Numbered from the whole stretch's first letter, positions 10,123 to 21,600 are shown. The stretch is 63,343 bases of DNA, filler included, from Bacteroidales bacterium (GCA_035389045.1; 9 parts of 9 records of this genome joined end to end with filler, not necessarily neighbours in it), one strand, 5' to 3'. Numbers and translations: made by a program. Notes: generated by a model not told the origin, from the sequence alone.

Positions 10123-11394
10123 TTATCCTTCCAAAACACAAGCAAGTTCAGGGATCACCTCAAGGGTATTTTCCCCTCTTATGCGGTCTAAAGATTCCGT
10201 AAAATCTTTAAATAAACGACAGTTTTTTTTGTTCCAGGGTTTTTCAAGATGGCTGAATAAAAAAGTGAACTGCGGTCTTAATACAACACCGTATTTTTGT
10301 TCGTAATTATCAATATAGGTATCCATTTTCTTCCGGATATCTTTCCTGACCTGGTCAGGGAGTATACTGACATGGAAAAAGGAAGGCGTGTACAAAATGT
10401 TAAAATTGAAATTCATCCACCCTTTATATGAATGATTAATGATGCCTGTTTCTGTCAGATAATCAAACAAATCCGTCAGAGAAAAGATACTCATTGCACT
10501 TACCGTAATATTAGTCATAATAGAAACACCGATCTGGTTAACAGACTTCAGGTTAGCTTCTATAGTACTCCATTTTGTACCACTGCGGATCAGTTCTGCA
10601 CGTCGTCCTGTAGCGTCAATACTGGGCAGCAAAGTAACCTTGTTCCCCCACTTTACCCAATAATCCAAAACGTTTTTATTTTTATACTTCAGTACACTCA
10701 GATTGGTTGAATACGCCAATGACACATCATATCTCTTATGCTCATCAAGCAAATCGAGTATCTGCCAATGTTCATCCATGAGCAGCGGTTCTCCGCCTGC
10801 AAAGTATATCTGTTCGACAGAGGAAAGATATTTTTTTAAAAATTCCAGATAATTAATCTGATTTACATATTCTACATTATTCGGTGTATTTATTTCATCC
10901 CCGCTAATCCATCCAAGTTTTTTAGCGTCATGGAGCCATCCGCTGGAGGAATCGTAACCACAAACACGGCATTTAAAATTGCAGAGGTTGCTGAAGCGGA
11001 AATCCCAGTGTTTCAAATCCACTTTCTCCAAACTACCATCAGGCCGGGTGATTTCTGGTATTTCCTTGAACTTATCTGCAAAAAATGAATTATAGAAGGT
11101 GCGGGAACTCTTTCCGCTTGCCCGTTCTTCATCGAAACAACGCTGGCACATTTCAGGCTCTATACCATTAAGCATCTGCATTCGCATGGTTTTCATATAA
11201 GTTCCGTTCCACACTTCTTCTACAGACTGTGTGGTGAGATCACCGGCATAATTCTTTTCATCAAGTGTCATACAACATTGCACCACTTTGCCATTGGGTC
11301 TGATATTCAAATGCACCCATGGTAATACACATATGGTTTCCTCCGGTCTCTTTTTTACCTGCTTCGGTTTGAAAAACCCTCTGATTTTTCGCAT
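10123..11394 (-). CDS. Radical SAM protein with N-terminal twitch/SPASM domain, paralog B
   Basis: CVLPW..QCC..CQRC; CNFKCRVC; FAGGEPLL; colinear with paralog A; start may extend to 11412. Confidence 0.85.
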   Translation of the reverse strand: MRKIRGFFKPKQVKKRPEETICVLPWVHLNIRPNGKVVQCCMTLDEKNYAGDLTTQSVEEVWNGTYMKTMRMQMLNGIEPEMCQRCFDEERASGKSSRTFYNSFFADKFKEIPEITRPDGSLEKVDLKHWDFRFSNLCNFKCRVCGYDSSSGWLHDAKKLGWISGDEINTPNNVEYVNQINYLEFLKKYLSSVEQIYFAGGEPLLMDEHWQILDLLDEHKRYDVSLAYSTNLSVLKYKNKNVLDYWVKWGNKVTLLPSIDATGRRAELIRSGTKWSTIEANLKSVNQIGVSIMTNITVSAMSIFSLTDLFDYLTETGIINHSYKGWMNFNFNILYTPSFFHVSILPDQVRKDIRKKMDTYIDNYEQKYGVVLRPQFTFLFSHLEKPWNKKNCRLFKDFTESLDRIRGENTLEVIPELACVLEG

Positions 11395-11588
11395 TTTTGG
11401 TGTTTTCAACAAAAATACTGATTTATTCTTACGCTGAAATAACCTCCCCTAAAAACTAAATTACTACAGATAAAATAACATTATTGTCCGGTTAATTTTT
11501 TAAATATGTAATATTTCGTACCTGCGACGCTTCCAAAAATTGGTAAATTATTCATTATGATAATATTATAGACCTTTGGAACTTTTTT

Positions 11589-11667
11589 AGCACCGTTAGA
11601 GGCGGCATATTGGTAGAAAAAACATTACAATGAAAAATAAAGCCCCGTAGGTGGCGATATGTTGTAA
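11589..11667. repeat. Two degenerate REP-like units (AGCCCCGTAGGGGCG..ATAT type)
   Basis: AGCACCGTTAGAGGCGGCATATTGGTA and AGCCCCGTAGGTGGCGATATGTTGTA. Confidence 0.5.
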
Positions 11668-11818
11668 ATGTTGTGAAAATAAAGCTATTCAGCATATTTA
11701 AATATTTTTACCAGACAACAGTGATAAAAAAATAATAAAATTGATCAGGCCACCGAAAGCCTCCTGAATGCCGAAAATATGAGTAGCCAAAGTCAGAAAA
11801 AACTCGGATTAAATTTTT

Positions 11819-12502
11819 TCAGTCAAACTTTACACGCTGTAAATAATTCATCCTTTTCACGATAGCATTCCGGTAACGGGCCGTATATGGCCCCGGGTTC
11901 AGTACGTTGTACTTCCGTGGATTCGGCAGTACCGAGATCAGCGAAGCTGCCTCATACCGTGATAAACGTGCAGCATGTTTTTTGAAGTATTTCTGCGATG
12001 CGGCTTCCACACCATATACACCCGGGCCGAATTCAACCACATTCAGGTATATTTCCATGATCCTTTCTTTTCCCCATACCAGTTCGATCAGGACGGTAAA
12101 CCATGCCTCCAGACCTTTGCGCAAATAATCGCGATGCGGCCACAAAAAAACATTTTTGGCAGTTTGCTGACTAATGGTACTTCCTCCCTTTGTCCTTTTG
12201 CTTTTCTGATTCGACTTATAAGCAAGTTTTATCGCACGGAAATCAAAACCGTGGTGTTTCAAAAAAGTGTCATCCTCAGCTGCCAGAGCAGCCTGAAAAA
12301 GATTAGGCGATATCTTTTCTATGGGTATCCACTGATAATCCGTTTTTTTATCCGTAGCAAAACCCCTCAACATCATCAAAGGAGTTACAGGCGGGTGAAC
12401 AAACTTATACAAAACCACCGGAAATAGTGATAATCCCAAAAATATCAGCAAAAACCACAAAAGTATTTTAAATATTTTTTTTCGCTTTTTCCCTTTTGCC
12501 AT
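11819..12502 (-). CDS. mtgA: Monofunctional peptidoglycan transglycosylase
   Basis: AAEDDTFLKHHGFD, GGSTISQQTAKNVFL, RKGLEA, KERIMEIYLN. Confidence 0.93.
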   Translation of the reverse strand: MAKGKKRKKIFKILLWFLLIFLGLSLFPVVLYKFVHPPVTPLMMLRGFATDKKTDYQWIPIEKISPNLFQAALAAEDDTFLKHHGFDFRAIKLAYKSNQKSKRTKGGSTISQQTAKNVFLWPHRDYLRKGLEAWFTVLIELVWGKERIMEIYLNVVEFGPGVYGVEAASQKYFKKHAARLSRYEAASLISVLPNPRKYNVLNPGPYTARYRNAIVKRMNYLQRVKFD

Positions 12503-12698
12503 ATTTCGTCATTTTTTTGAGTCTGTATGAGGTATCACAAAACACAAAGAAACCGTATCGAATTATTTATATGATTATTTTTTCAATAATTTTACCTTCT
12601 GTACTTTTTTTTGAAGTATCCAGGGTATTGGAAATCAATTGTTTTTTGGAAATAAGGGCCCAGAAACTGATTTTCCATTATCACGTATTTACAATAAA

Positions 12699-13652
12699 CT
12701 ATTTTCTCTGCAACACGTTTATCACGGCATTTACGACATCAGAAGTGTCAAGGCCGAATTTCACCATTAACTCGTCGGGAGTGCCGCTTTCGCCGAACAT
12801 ATCGTTCACAGCCACCATTTCTATAGGTGCGGGTAATTTGCGGGCAAGCAACTGAGCAATGCTGTCGCCCATACCGCCGTTCATCATGTGTTCCTCGGCA
12901 GTCACCACACATCTTGTTTTTGCAACGGATTGTAATACAGTTTCCACATCAAGAGGCTTGATCGTATGAATATTTATCAGTTCAGCGCTGATGCCCTGTT
13001 CTTTTAATTTTTCAACTGCCAGCATGGCTTTCCAAACCAGGTGACCGGTAGCAAAAATGCTTACATCACTGCCTTCGGCCATCATAAGAGCTTTCCCGAT
13101 CACAAAAGGTTCATCTTCAGGGATAAATACGGGCACTTTCGGTCTGCCAAAACGAAGATATACAGGTCCGATATGCCTGGCAGCCGCTTTGGTGGCTGCT
13201 TTGGTCTGGTTAAAATCACAGGGGTTGATAACCACCATATTGGGCAGCATCTTCATCATGCCGATGTCTTCCATCATCTGATGGGTGGCACCATCCTCAC
13301 CAAGGGTAATGCCCGCGTGTGAGGCACATATCTTCACGTTTTTATTCGAATAAGCCACACTCTGCCGAATCTGGTCGTACACCCTGCCCGTAGCAAAATT
13401 GGCAAAAGTGCCGGCAAAGGGAATTTTACCGCCTATGGTAAGACCGGCAGCAATGCCGATCATATTAGCTTCGGCAATACCCACCTGAACAAAACGTTCG
13501 GGAAAGTTCTTTGCAAAAGCTTCCATCTTCAGCGAACCCGTCAGGTCGGCCACAAGGGCAATGACATCCGGATTTTCCTGCCCCAGTTCGTTCAGTGCTT
13601 CACCAAAGCCCGAACGGGTATCTTTTTCACCTGTTTTTTTAAATTTCTCCAT
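12699..13652 (-). CDS. Transketolase, C-terminal subunit
   Basis: GIAEANM, GEDGATHQ, GPVYLRFGR, TIKPLD, AEEH. Confidence 0.93.
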   Translation of the reverse strand: MEKFKKTGEKDTRSGFGEALNELGQENPDVIALVADLTGSLKMEAFAKNFPERFVQVGIAEANMIGIAAGLTIGGKIPFAGTFANFATGRVYDQIRQSVAYSNKNVKICASHAGITLGEDGATHQMMEDIGMMKMLPNMVVINPCDFNQTKAATKAAARHIGPVYLRFGRPKVPVFIPEDEPFVIGKALMMAEGSDVSIFATGHLVWKAMLAVEKLKEQGISAELINIHTIKPLDVETVLQSVAKTRCVVTAEEHMMNGGMGDSIAQLLARKLPAPIEMVAVNDMFGESGTPDELMVKFGLDTSDVVNAVINVLQRK

Positions 13653-13771
13653 ATCTATATTTTTTTACTCCAGTCATTGATACACATCTTCAAGGCCGGC
13701 CTCATTTGCTGATGAACTATGCAATACGTATCACAACATAACACTGAGGCGGGCAATAGGAAAATACTTAT

Positions 13772-15172
13772 TTAATAAAAATTCACACGCGTTGTCACTC
13801 CTGATTCAATTTTAAATGTTTTATCAAAAGTATAAACTGAATGGGTTGCATATTTCGAACGGAAAATGATCCGGTACTTTCCCGGTAATACATACAACAT
13901 CTCCTGCTGCCCTTCCTCATTGAATTTATAGATCCATTTCAGTTCATTGTTCTCCTCAACGTACAGGTCGCCATAACCGCGCATGGAAAGCTGAATTATG
14001 GCAATCCCGGGCATAGGTATTTCCACCGTGGTGTTATAACTCTGCTTGATCTCAACATCGTTGATATACATTCTTGGCAATGACAACACTTCGAGGTCAT
14101 ATTTGCCAATCAGGTATTTTGTCTTCTGATCAAAAGTCTGCACATTGAGTGTTTCCATTTTTCCACCCTGCCGCACAATGCACTGAAGGTTTTTCACCGA
14201 AGGCAGTTTCCCGCCCACTTTCAGTTCCAGCGTACCCTGGGGAGTGCTCGCAGCAATAGTGGTATGTTTTCCCGGAGTGATGGTAATGCTGTCGTGCCTT
14301 ACCGGAGGTATGGTATGTACCACAAGGTCGTAGGCCAGCAAGGGATCAAGCATTAGTGTATCCGGCAATCCAAGGTCGTTGAATGTATGAATAAAGTTAT
14401 ATTTAATAGTTCCCGAAAAGTTATCATACAAAGTCATACCTACATTGGTTTCGGTTGGTTTTCCGTAAGTATCCAACAGGTTGATCTGTGCAGTGGTAGA
14501 ATTAAGAGCCTGTGAGATCACCACATTCAATGCCTTGCTGAATTCCTTTTCAGTGGAGGCATCATAATAGGTTCCGACACAATCAAAAGATTCTTTAAAG
14601 TTGCGGCCGATGCCGATAATAAAGGGTTTGAGCACCACTCCCTTTTTCTGAAGCGCCTGCGAAACGGCACAAGGGTCACCGCCACATTCTTCCAGTCCGT
14701 CGGTGATAAGTATTATTATGTTCCGGCAATGATCACAGGGTGGGAAGTCATTGCCCGCCGCCTCCAGCGATGCCGCTATCGGTGTGGTACCCCTGGGATT
14801 GACGGTCTTCAGTTTGTTTTTGATCTTATCGGTGTTGCCTGTGCCAAGAGGTATTTCAAGCCTGGTGTCGTCGCAGTCCTGCGGAGGATAGTATTTCTGA
14901 TGTCCATAGATACGCAGGCCTAAGTGCAGGTTTTCAACGTTTTTCAGACTGTCAAGCAATTGCGACATCAGCTTACTGGCAATAGATATCTTCCGGTCGC
15001 TCTGCCAGACGCCGATCATGCTTTGCGAAGCATCGTACACAAACAGAATACGGGTAACAGGCTTGGGCAGGGGTTTCTCTTTTTCAGTAATGGTGACCTG
15101 TGCCACAACATAGCCTGATGAGAACGCCAGTGTATAAATTATGATGATTTTTTTAAAAACGGATAACCTCAT
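13772..15172 (-). CDS. Exported von Willebrand factor A domain protein
   Basis: Signal peptide; MIDAS DASQSM; GTTPI; ITDGLEEC. Confidence 0.85.
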   Translation of the reverse strand: MRLSVFKKIIIIYTLAFSSGYVVAQVTITEKEKPLPKPVTRILFVYDASQSMIGVWQSDRKISIASKLMSQLLDSLKNVENLHLGLRIYGHQKYYPPQDCDDTRLEIPLGTGNTDKIKNKLKTVNPRGTTPIAASLEAAGNDFPPCDHCRNIIILITDGLEECGGDPCAVSQALQKKGVVLKPFIIGIGRNFKESFDCVGTYYDASTEKEFSKALNVVISQALNSTTAQINLLDTYGKPTETNVGMTLYDNFSGTIKYNFIHTFNDLGLPDTLMLDPLLAYDLVVHTIPPVRHDSITITPGKHTTIAASTPQGTLELKVGGKLPSVKNLQCIVRQGGKMETLNVQTFDQKTKYLIGKYDLEVLSLPRMYINDVEIKQSYNTTVEIPMPGIAIIQLSMRGYGDLYVEENNELKWIYKFNEEGQQEMLYVLPGKYRIIFRSKYATHSVYTFDKTFKIESGVTTRVNFY

Positions 15173-15185
15173 TTTACAGCACTAA

Positions 15186-16046
15186 TTAATAATCACCTAA
15201 CGTCACCGGTAACTGTGAAAGTGCAGTGGTTAGCTGCTCATCACTGGGAGGACTGCCATGCCATTTATGCGAACCTTTCATAAAATCCACGCCGTAACCC
15301 ATTTCGGTTTTCATCAATATAACGACAGGAACCCCTTTAAAGGTATTTGCCTTTGCAATTTTCATCATGTCAAGCACTTCAGGAATGTCATTTCCGTCCA
15401 TTTCAAACACATTCCAGCCAAAAGCAGTGAATTTGGCTTTCAGGTCACCCAGACTCAGGACATCATCCACAGGCCCGTCAATCTGTTTACCATTATAATC
15501 CACAACTGAAATAATATTATCCACATGTTTGGCCGCCGCAAACATTGCCGCTTCCCAGTTCTGTCCTTCCTGAAGTTCACCGTCTCCGTGGAGGCTGTAC
15601 ACAAGGTGATTGTCAGCATTATATTTTTTTGCCAATGCTGCACCTATGGCCACAGATAAACCCTGTCCCAGTGAGCCGGATGACATTCGTACCCCCGGAA
15701 TATGTTCGGCAGTGGTCGGATGTCCCTGAAGTCGTGAACCCAGCCGGCGGAATGTTGCCAGCTCGCTGACATCAAAATATCCCGAATGTGCCAGTACGCT
15801 GTACCAGGCAGAAGAAAGATGCCCGTTCGACAGAAAAAAGATATCTTCGCCCGTGCCGTCCATACTGAAAGGTACCGGCCTGTGTTCCATAATCTCAAAA
15901 TACAGGCAGGTGAGAAAATCCGCACAACCCAGAGATCCACCCGGATGCCCCGAACTTACCGCATGGATCATTCGTAAGAGATCACGGCGTACCTGTGTCG
16001 CAATGTTTTTTAGTTCATCAACGGTGTACATAACATTTTTTTTCAA
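15186..16046 (-). CDS. Transketolase, N-terminal (ThDP-binding) subunit
   Basis: SGHPGGSLG, LQGHP, GSLGQG, GDGELQEG. Confidence 0.93.
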   Translation of the reverse strand: MKKNVMYTVDELKNIATQVRRDLLRMIHAVSSGHPGGSLGCADFLTCLYFEIMEHRPVPFSMDGTGEDIFFLSNGHLSSAWYSVLAHSGYFDVSELATFRRLGSRLQGHPTTAEHIPGVRMSSGSLGQGLSVAIGAALAKKYNADNHLVYSLHGDGELQEGQNWEAAMFAAAKHVDNIISVVDYNGKQIDGPVDDVLSLGDLKAKFTAFGWNVFEMDGNDIPEVLDMMKIAKANTFKGVPVVILMKTEMGYGVDFMKGSHKWHGSPPSDEQLTTALSQLPVTLGDY

Positions 16047-16310
16047 AAATATAGTTTTTATATGACTGATTTTCGATGTTTGAAAAAAGTATTAAATAAG
16101 TTTTTCACAATTCCGGGAAACAGATTCCATATTTTTAATGTTTATCTTGTTAATGAGAAACATACATAAATTCTTGATGAATTCCATAACTCATTACTGA
16201 AGTTTTGCATAAAAAATAAAATTAATAAATACCAATCATTTGTTGATTGCGAAGAGGATTAACACTATGGAAAATAACTTTTTTATATATAGTCAATAAA
16301 GAAAAAACTA

Positions 16311-16420
16311 CGGTCAGTCAGAGCAGATTCTCCTGAAACGAAAGTGGAAGGAGATGATTGTCGAAGACGACCGTTGCATGTCACACTTCGACACGCCCCG
16401 ATAACTATCGGAGCGGCTAC
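16311..16420. repeat. Degenerate REP-like element
   Basis: GTCAGTCAGAGC...GTCGAAG / CTTCGAC inverted pair plus a CCGATAACTATCGG mini-hairpin. Confidence 0.4.
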
Positions 16421-16580
16421 CAATAACATCTTTTTAAACTGATTGCAAATTAGCTAGTTGTAATTGAAGCTTTATCATTTNNNNNNNNNNNNNNNNNNNN
16501 NNNNNNNNNNNNNNNNNNNNNNNNTTAATTAATTAANNNNNNNNNNNNNNNNNNNNNNNNNNNNNNNNNNNNNNNNNNNN

Positions 16581-16633
16581 AGCAAAAAAGACGCATAAAG
16601 ATATGAAAAGATAAAATCAAAACAATTTCTTAA
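16581..16633. mobile_element. Right part of the MITE family seen at 18382-18545
   Basis: Near-identical to 18494-18546, at a contig start. Confidence 0.75.
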
Positions 16634-16838
16634 TCCAAATCAAAGTTTCCTTTAACCAGACTAAGCGCCAGGTTATATAATATGTATTGCGAATAATTTG
16701 ATAGACTCCATGAATAATTTATACCGGTGTTTGCCATTTATTAATTTGTATCTTAGCATTTTGTAGTCTGGGGTTGTGAAATCATAACAGGGTTCCGTAA
16801 TAAAAATCCACAATCATCAATCTTAAATAAAAGTACCT

Positions 16839-17792
16839 TTGCAAAAATTTCTGTATATGATCGCCTATTTTAGATTGATACGTCCCGTTAACCTGCTTAT
16901 CATGGCGCTTACCCAGTATCTTGTAAAATATTGTATTATAGGCCCTTTCATGTCTGTCGCCGGTGTTGATATACAGATGAGCCATGTTGATTTTGCCCTG
17001 TTTGTATTTTCAAATCTGTTGCTTGCAGCTGCAGGATATGCGATAAATGATTATTTTGATGTGGATGTTGATTCGGTTAACAAACCCGATAAAAATATGC
17101 TTCTTGAAAAAATCCCCCGGAAACATGCCGTCACTTTTAATATTATATTAAATGTAATTGCATGTATTATTGGGTTTTATTGTGCTATTAAAGTTGGGTC
17201 GTTCAAATTGGGTTTTATTTCAGTGGTTATTTCACTAGTGTTGTATTATTATTCATTGAAGTATAAGAGGCAGTTTGTCACCGGAAATATTGTTCTTGCA
17301 CTGGTGGCGGCCTATTGCGTACTTTCGGTATGGCTGTTTGAGTTTTTTGCCATCAAATCCGATCCGGATGCTTTTATAGGGATGATGCGTACGTTCAGAA
17401 TAATTACGGTTTTTGCCGGAGGTTTTGCAGTTTTTGCATTTCTGACAACTTTTATCCGTGAAATTATCAAGGATATGGAGGATATTGAAGGGGATAATGC
17501 CTGCGGATGCCATACCATTCCGATACAGAAGGGAATGGGTTTTACAAAGAAAATGGTAGCAGGGCTCAACGGTTTAACCATGTTGCTCTTAGCTGCCGCT
17601 CAGCTATTATTGTACGAGCATTATCCGATGCTTACCTGGTATCTATGCGTGTTACAGATACTCTTCATTAATCTGATAATAAAGATTCTGAGATCAAAGA
17701 GCAAATCTGACTATCATTTTTCGAGCGTTTATATAAAAATTATCATGGTAGCAGGTATCCTTAGTACTCAATTACTATATATTTATTTTTGA
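16839..17792 (+). CDS. UbiA-superfamily prenyltransferase, DGGGP-synthase-like
   Basis: IRPVN, NDYFDVDVDSVNKP, YYSLKYKR, REIIKDMEDIEGD; multiple TM helices. Confidence 0.85.
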   Translation: MQKFLYMIAYFRLIRPVNLLIMALTQYLVKYCIIGPFMSVAGVDIQMSHVDFALFVFSNLLLAAAGYAINDYFDVDVDSVNKPDKNMLLEKIPRKHAVTFNIILNVIACIIGFYCAIKVGSFKLGFISVVISLVLYYYSLKYKRQFVTGNIVLALVAAYCVLSVWLFEFFAIKSDPDAFIGMMRTFRIITVFAGGFAVFAFLTTFIREIIKDMEDIEGDNACGCHTIPIQKGMGFTKKMVAGLNGLTMLLLAAAQLLLYEHYPMLTWYLCVLQILFINLIIKILRSKSKSDYHFSSVYIKIIMVAGILSTQLLYIYF

Positions 17793-17793
17793 T

Positions 17794-18384
17794 ATGATCT
17801 TATCCGAAAAACTGAAAGACTACAGGATCATCCTGGCGTCTGCATCACCACGGCGAAATACGCTGCTCAAAGGGCTGGGATTTGATTTTGAGGTTATTGT
17901 GCGTGAAACAAAGGAAACGTACCCCGCCGGATTACAAAAAGAGGAAATCCCTGTTTACCTTGCATCCCTGAAAGCGGATGCTTTTGATCCTGATGAATTT
18001 GGGATTAAAACATTAATTATAACAGCCGACACCATTGTCTGGCTCGACGGTCATATCATTGGGAAACCGGAAAATCCAGATCATGCTGTAAAACTTTTGA
18101 AGCAGTTATCGGGCCACACCCATGAGGTATTTACCGGTGTCTGCCTGAAAACGAATAACGTATCCCATTGTTTCAGCAGTTGTTCAAGGGTAACTTTTCG
18201 TCAATTGAGCGATGAAGAGATCAACTGGTACGTGGATACCTGCCAGCCTTATGATAAGGCCGGTGCATACGGCGCTCAGGAGTGGATCGGTTTTATCGGT
18301 ATTGAACACATCGAAGGATCCTTTTTTAATGTTATGGGACTGCCTACCCAGAAATTATATGTGGAATTAAATGACATTCTTTAG
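17794..18384 (+). CDS. maf: Maf-family nucleotide pyrophosphatase
   Basis: ILASASPRR, TADTIV, GKP, DKAGAYG, NVMGLP. Confidence 0.93.
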   Translation: MILSEKLKDYRIILASASPRRNTLLKGLGFDFEVIVRETKETYPAGLQKEEIPVYLASLKADAFDPDEFGIKTLIITADTIVWLDGHIIGKPENPDHAVKLLKQLSGHTHEVFTGVCLKTNNVSHCFSSCSRVTFRQLSDEEINWYVDTCQPYDKAGAYGAQEWIGFIGIEHIEGSFFNVMGLPTQKLYVELNDIL

Positions 18385-18545
18385 AAACTGTTTTGATTTT
18401 ATGTTACATAAGATTTATTATGGATTTTTTAGCGAAACGAGGCAGATTTTGCAGACATAGTTTATCCTATGTCGAAAAATCTAACGAAGTTGCAGCAAAA
18501 AAGACCCATAAAGATATGAAAAGATAAAATCAAAACAATTTCTTA
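18382..18545. mobile_element. MITE of about 164 bp with terminal inverted repeats
   Basis: AGAAACTGTTTTGATTTTAT ... ATAAAATCAAAACAATTTCT; central GACATAG..CTATGTC hairpin; partial copies at 16581 and 63290. Confidence 0.8.
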
Positions 18546-18662
18546 ATATAACAGGATGCGGCCAATAATTTATTGTATAGTTTCTATTTTCGCCTCTAAA
18601 AAAAACCAGTTTAAAAAAAAATAGTAGTTTTGCTAAAAAATTATTAATAAAAAGCAGAAATC

Positions 18663-21600
18663 ATGAAAGTAATTACAAAGTTAATGTATGTGTGCCTGAT
18701 ACTTGCACTATCTTGTACAGGCGCCTTTTCACAAACGGTCAAGGGCAAAGGCAGTCAAGCGCGAAGCGGGCTGGCCGGATCTGTAGTTTCCAAGGCTGAT
18801 GTGAGCGCCACCATGGGCTTTATCAATTCATTGGGCGGAACCAAGGCTATGTTCGACCTGCTGTTTGAGTTTCCGGTTTCTGATGCCGGTACAGCCGGTG
18901 TTGAAACCGACGGACAGTATTTTTATGTAACCCGCTGGAATACAAATCTTTTCTATAAATATAATCTGACCGGTACACTGGTTGACAGTTTTTCAGTAAC
19001 AGGCGCGGGCCAGATTCGCGATCTTGCTTATGATGGAACATATTTTTACGGTGGCAGCACTTCGAATACCATCTATAAAATGGACTTCACCTCACATACG
19101 CTGGTGGGAACAATAACCTGTCCTTCCTCTGTCGCAGTGCGGCATATCGCTTATGACCCGGTAAATAATGCGTTCTGGTGCGGCAACTGGGACACTGATT
19201 TTACACTGGTGAATATGTCGGGGGCGGTGATCAACACCATTCCTGCCACCACCCACCTCCAGGCTGATATTTATGGCTCTGCTTATGATAATTATTCGCT
19301 GGGCGGCCCTTATTTATGGGTTTACCGTCAGACTTCTGCCAATGCTAACGACCTTGAGCAGATCAATCTTGCCACAGGGGTTTCGACAGGGGTTACCTTT
19401 GATGTTACCACAGCGGTGACAGGACTTACTAGCAGCAATTCTGCCGGGGGATTATGTATTTCTTCCGATGTGGTTCCCAATACCGCCGTTTTGATCGGTG
19501 TGGCGCAAAATGCCAAACTATGGGGACTGGAGCTTAAAGATATCCAAGTTTTTGCTAACGATATGGGCGTGACCTCATTGGTTGCACCCCTGAGTTCTGA
19601 CACCCTGACCAATGCAGATTCATTAAAGATCGTTGTCCGTAATTTTGATACCGTGGCACATACCAATATCCCTGTAAACTACGTCATTGACGGAGGTGCT
19701 GTGGTCCGTGACACCTTATTTGCAACTGTTGCGGCTAATGCCACCATGAATTTCACTTTTTCGCAACCGTATAATTTTTCCATACCCGGGCATGTATATG
19801 ATGTCATGATTTATACATCTATTCAGAATGATGGCAATAATGCCAACGACACCCTGCATACCACTCTTACCAACCAGTGGGATGTGGCGCCGGTCAGTAT
19901 TGATATGCCCGCGGTGGTCGGTGTGGGATTAAATACTCCGAAAGCCACGGTGATCAATAACGGGACACTGGCAACAACGTTCAATGTTACCATGCATTTT
20001 ACCGGTTATACTTCCACAAAAACAGTGACCAACCTGATGCCGGGTGTTACACAACAGGTAACTTTCGATGGATGGACAGCTGCTTTGGGGAATTATACTA
20101 TTGAAGTTTATACCAGTCTGCTGGCCGATTCGGTACATTCCAATGATACGCTCACTCAGGCAATTGATGTCCAAAACCTTGTTAAAGTTTTCGCTTATGT
20201 GGCTTATGATCCTGCACCCACCGGTGATCTGCCCCAGGGGCCGGCCCTTACCTACCTGCAGACCCCTCAGAATGTAATTTCTCTGGCTGACCAGACATCC
20301 GAAAATTTCATACAATCCGGGACATGGGGCCCGTTAAATAAATGGTATGGCGCTGTTTATGACGATAATGTGCTGGTATCTGTTGATACGCTGACCGGTG
20401 CACGTACCGTTATCGGTAACATAGGTGTGTCATTAGAGGGGCTGACCTATGATCCGGTTACGGCTAATCTCTTTGGTGTTTCATTTGATGGTGCAGGAAG
20501 TAACTTGTTCAGGATTAATGCCGGTAGTGGAAATGCAACTTATATCGGCCCTTGTGCTAACCAGTTGTTTATTAATCTTGCCTGCACTCAGGCCGGGAAC
20601 CTCTATGCGGTGAGTATGGATAATGATAGTTTATATGCTATTGACAAAACCACAGGCGCCGCTACTCCTGTCGGAGATGTCGGATTTGACGTCATGTATG
20701 CCCAGGATATGGAAGTAGACCAAAACACAGGCGTGTGTTATATGGCTGCATATAACAATGATATTGAAGCCGGAGAACTCAGGATTGTTGACCTGGCCAC
20801 CGGATCAACCACCCTCATCGGTCCCTTTTTGCACGATATGGAAGTCTCCGGCTTTGCCATACCCTTTAATTGTATTGCACCCTCATGGGATGCTTCCGTT
20901 ATAGCAGTTGATAATCTGGAATCCTCATGCGATCCGGGAACCGTTAACCTGCAAATCAGGGTTATGAATTTTGGAAGCAGCACCATCACAAGTTTACCTG
21001 TAGCTTACACGGTAAATGGAGGTACACCGGTTCAGGCAACCATTACAACTCCAATTAACTCCGGTCAGACCATACCCTATACTTTTACTGTTCCAGTGGA
21101 TCTTTCAGCCGACGGCACATATGTTGTTAAAGTTTATTCGTCTCTGGCCTCTGATGCCGTTCACAGCAACGACACCGTGGTTTCTACGGTAACCAATATG
21201 GCTCCCAAAACCATTCCATATACTTTGGGATTTGAGCCGGCAGAAGATTTACAGGGCTTATCGGTGATTGACAACAACAACGATGGCAGCGCCTGGTTTT
21301 TGTCTGCATCGGGAGGTAATACAAGTCCTTCCTGCATGAAGTATGTTTATAACACAAGTTCAGCAGCCGATGACTGGTTCATTACTACTTGTATTGATCT
21401 TGAAGCCTCAAAATCATACAACCTGAAATATTACTATAAAGCGCAGTCGGCCTCATATCCTGAAAAACTTAAAGTTTTTGTTGGTTCTGATAATACAGTA
21501 GCCGCCATGACAACACAGATTGACAACAAGAGCAACATTATTAATACGACTTTCAGCCAGAGTAATGTTGTCTTTACGGTGCCGGCTACCGGAACGTACT

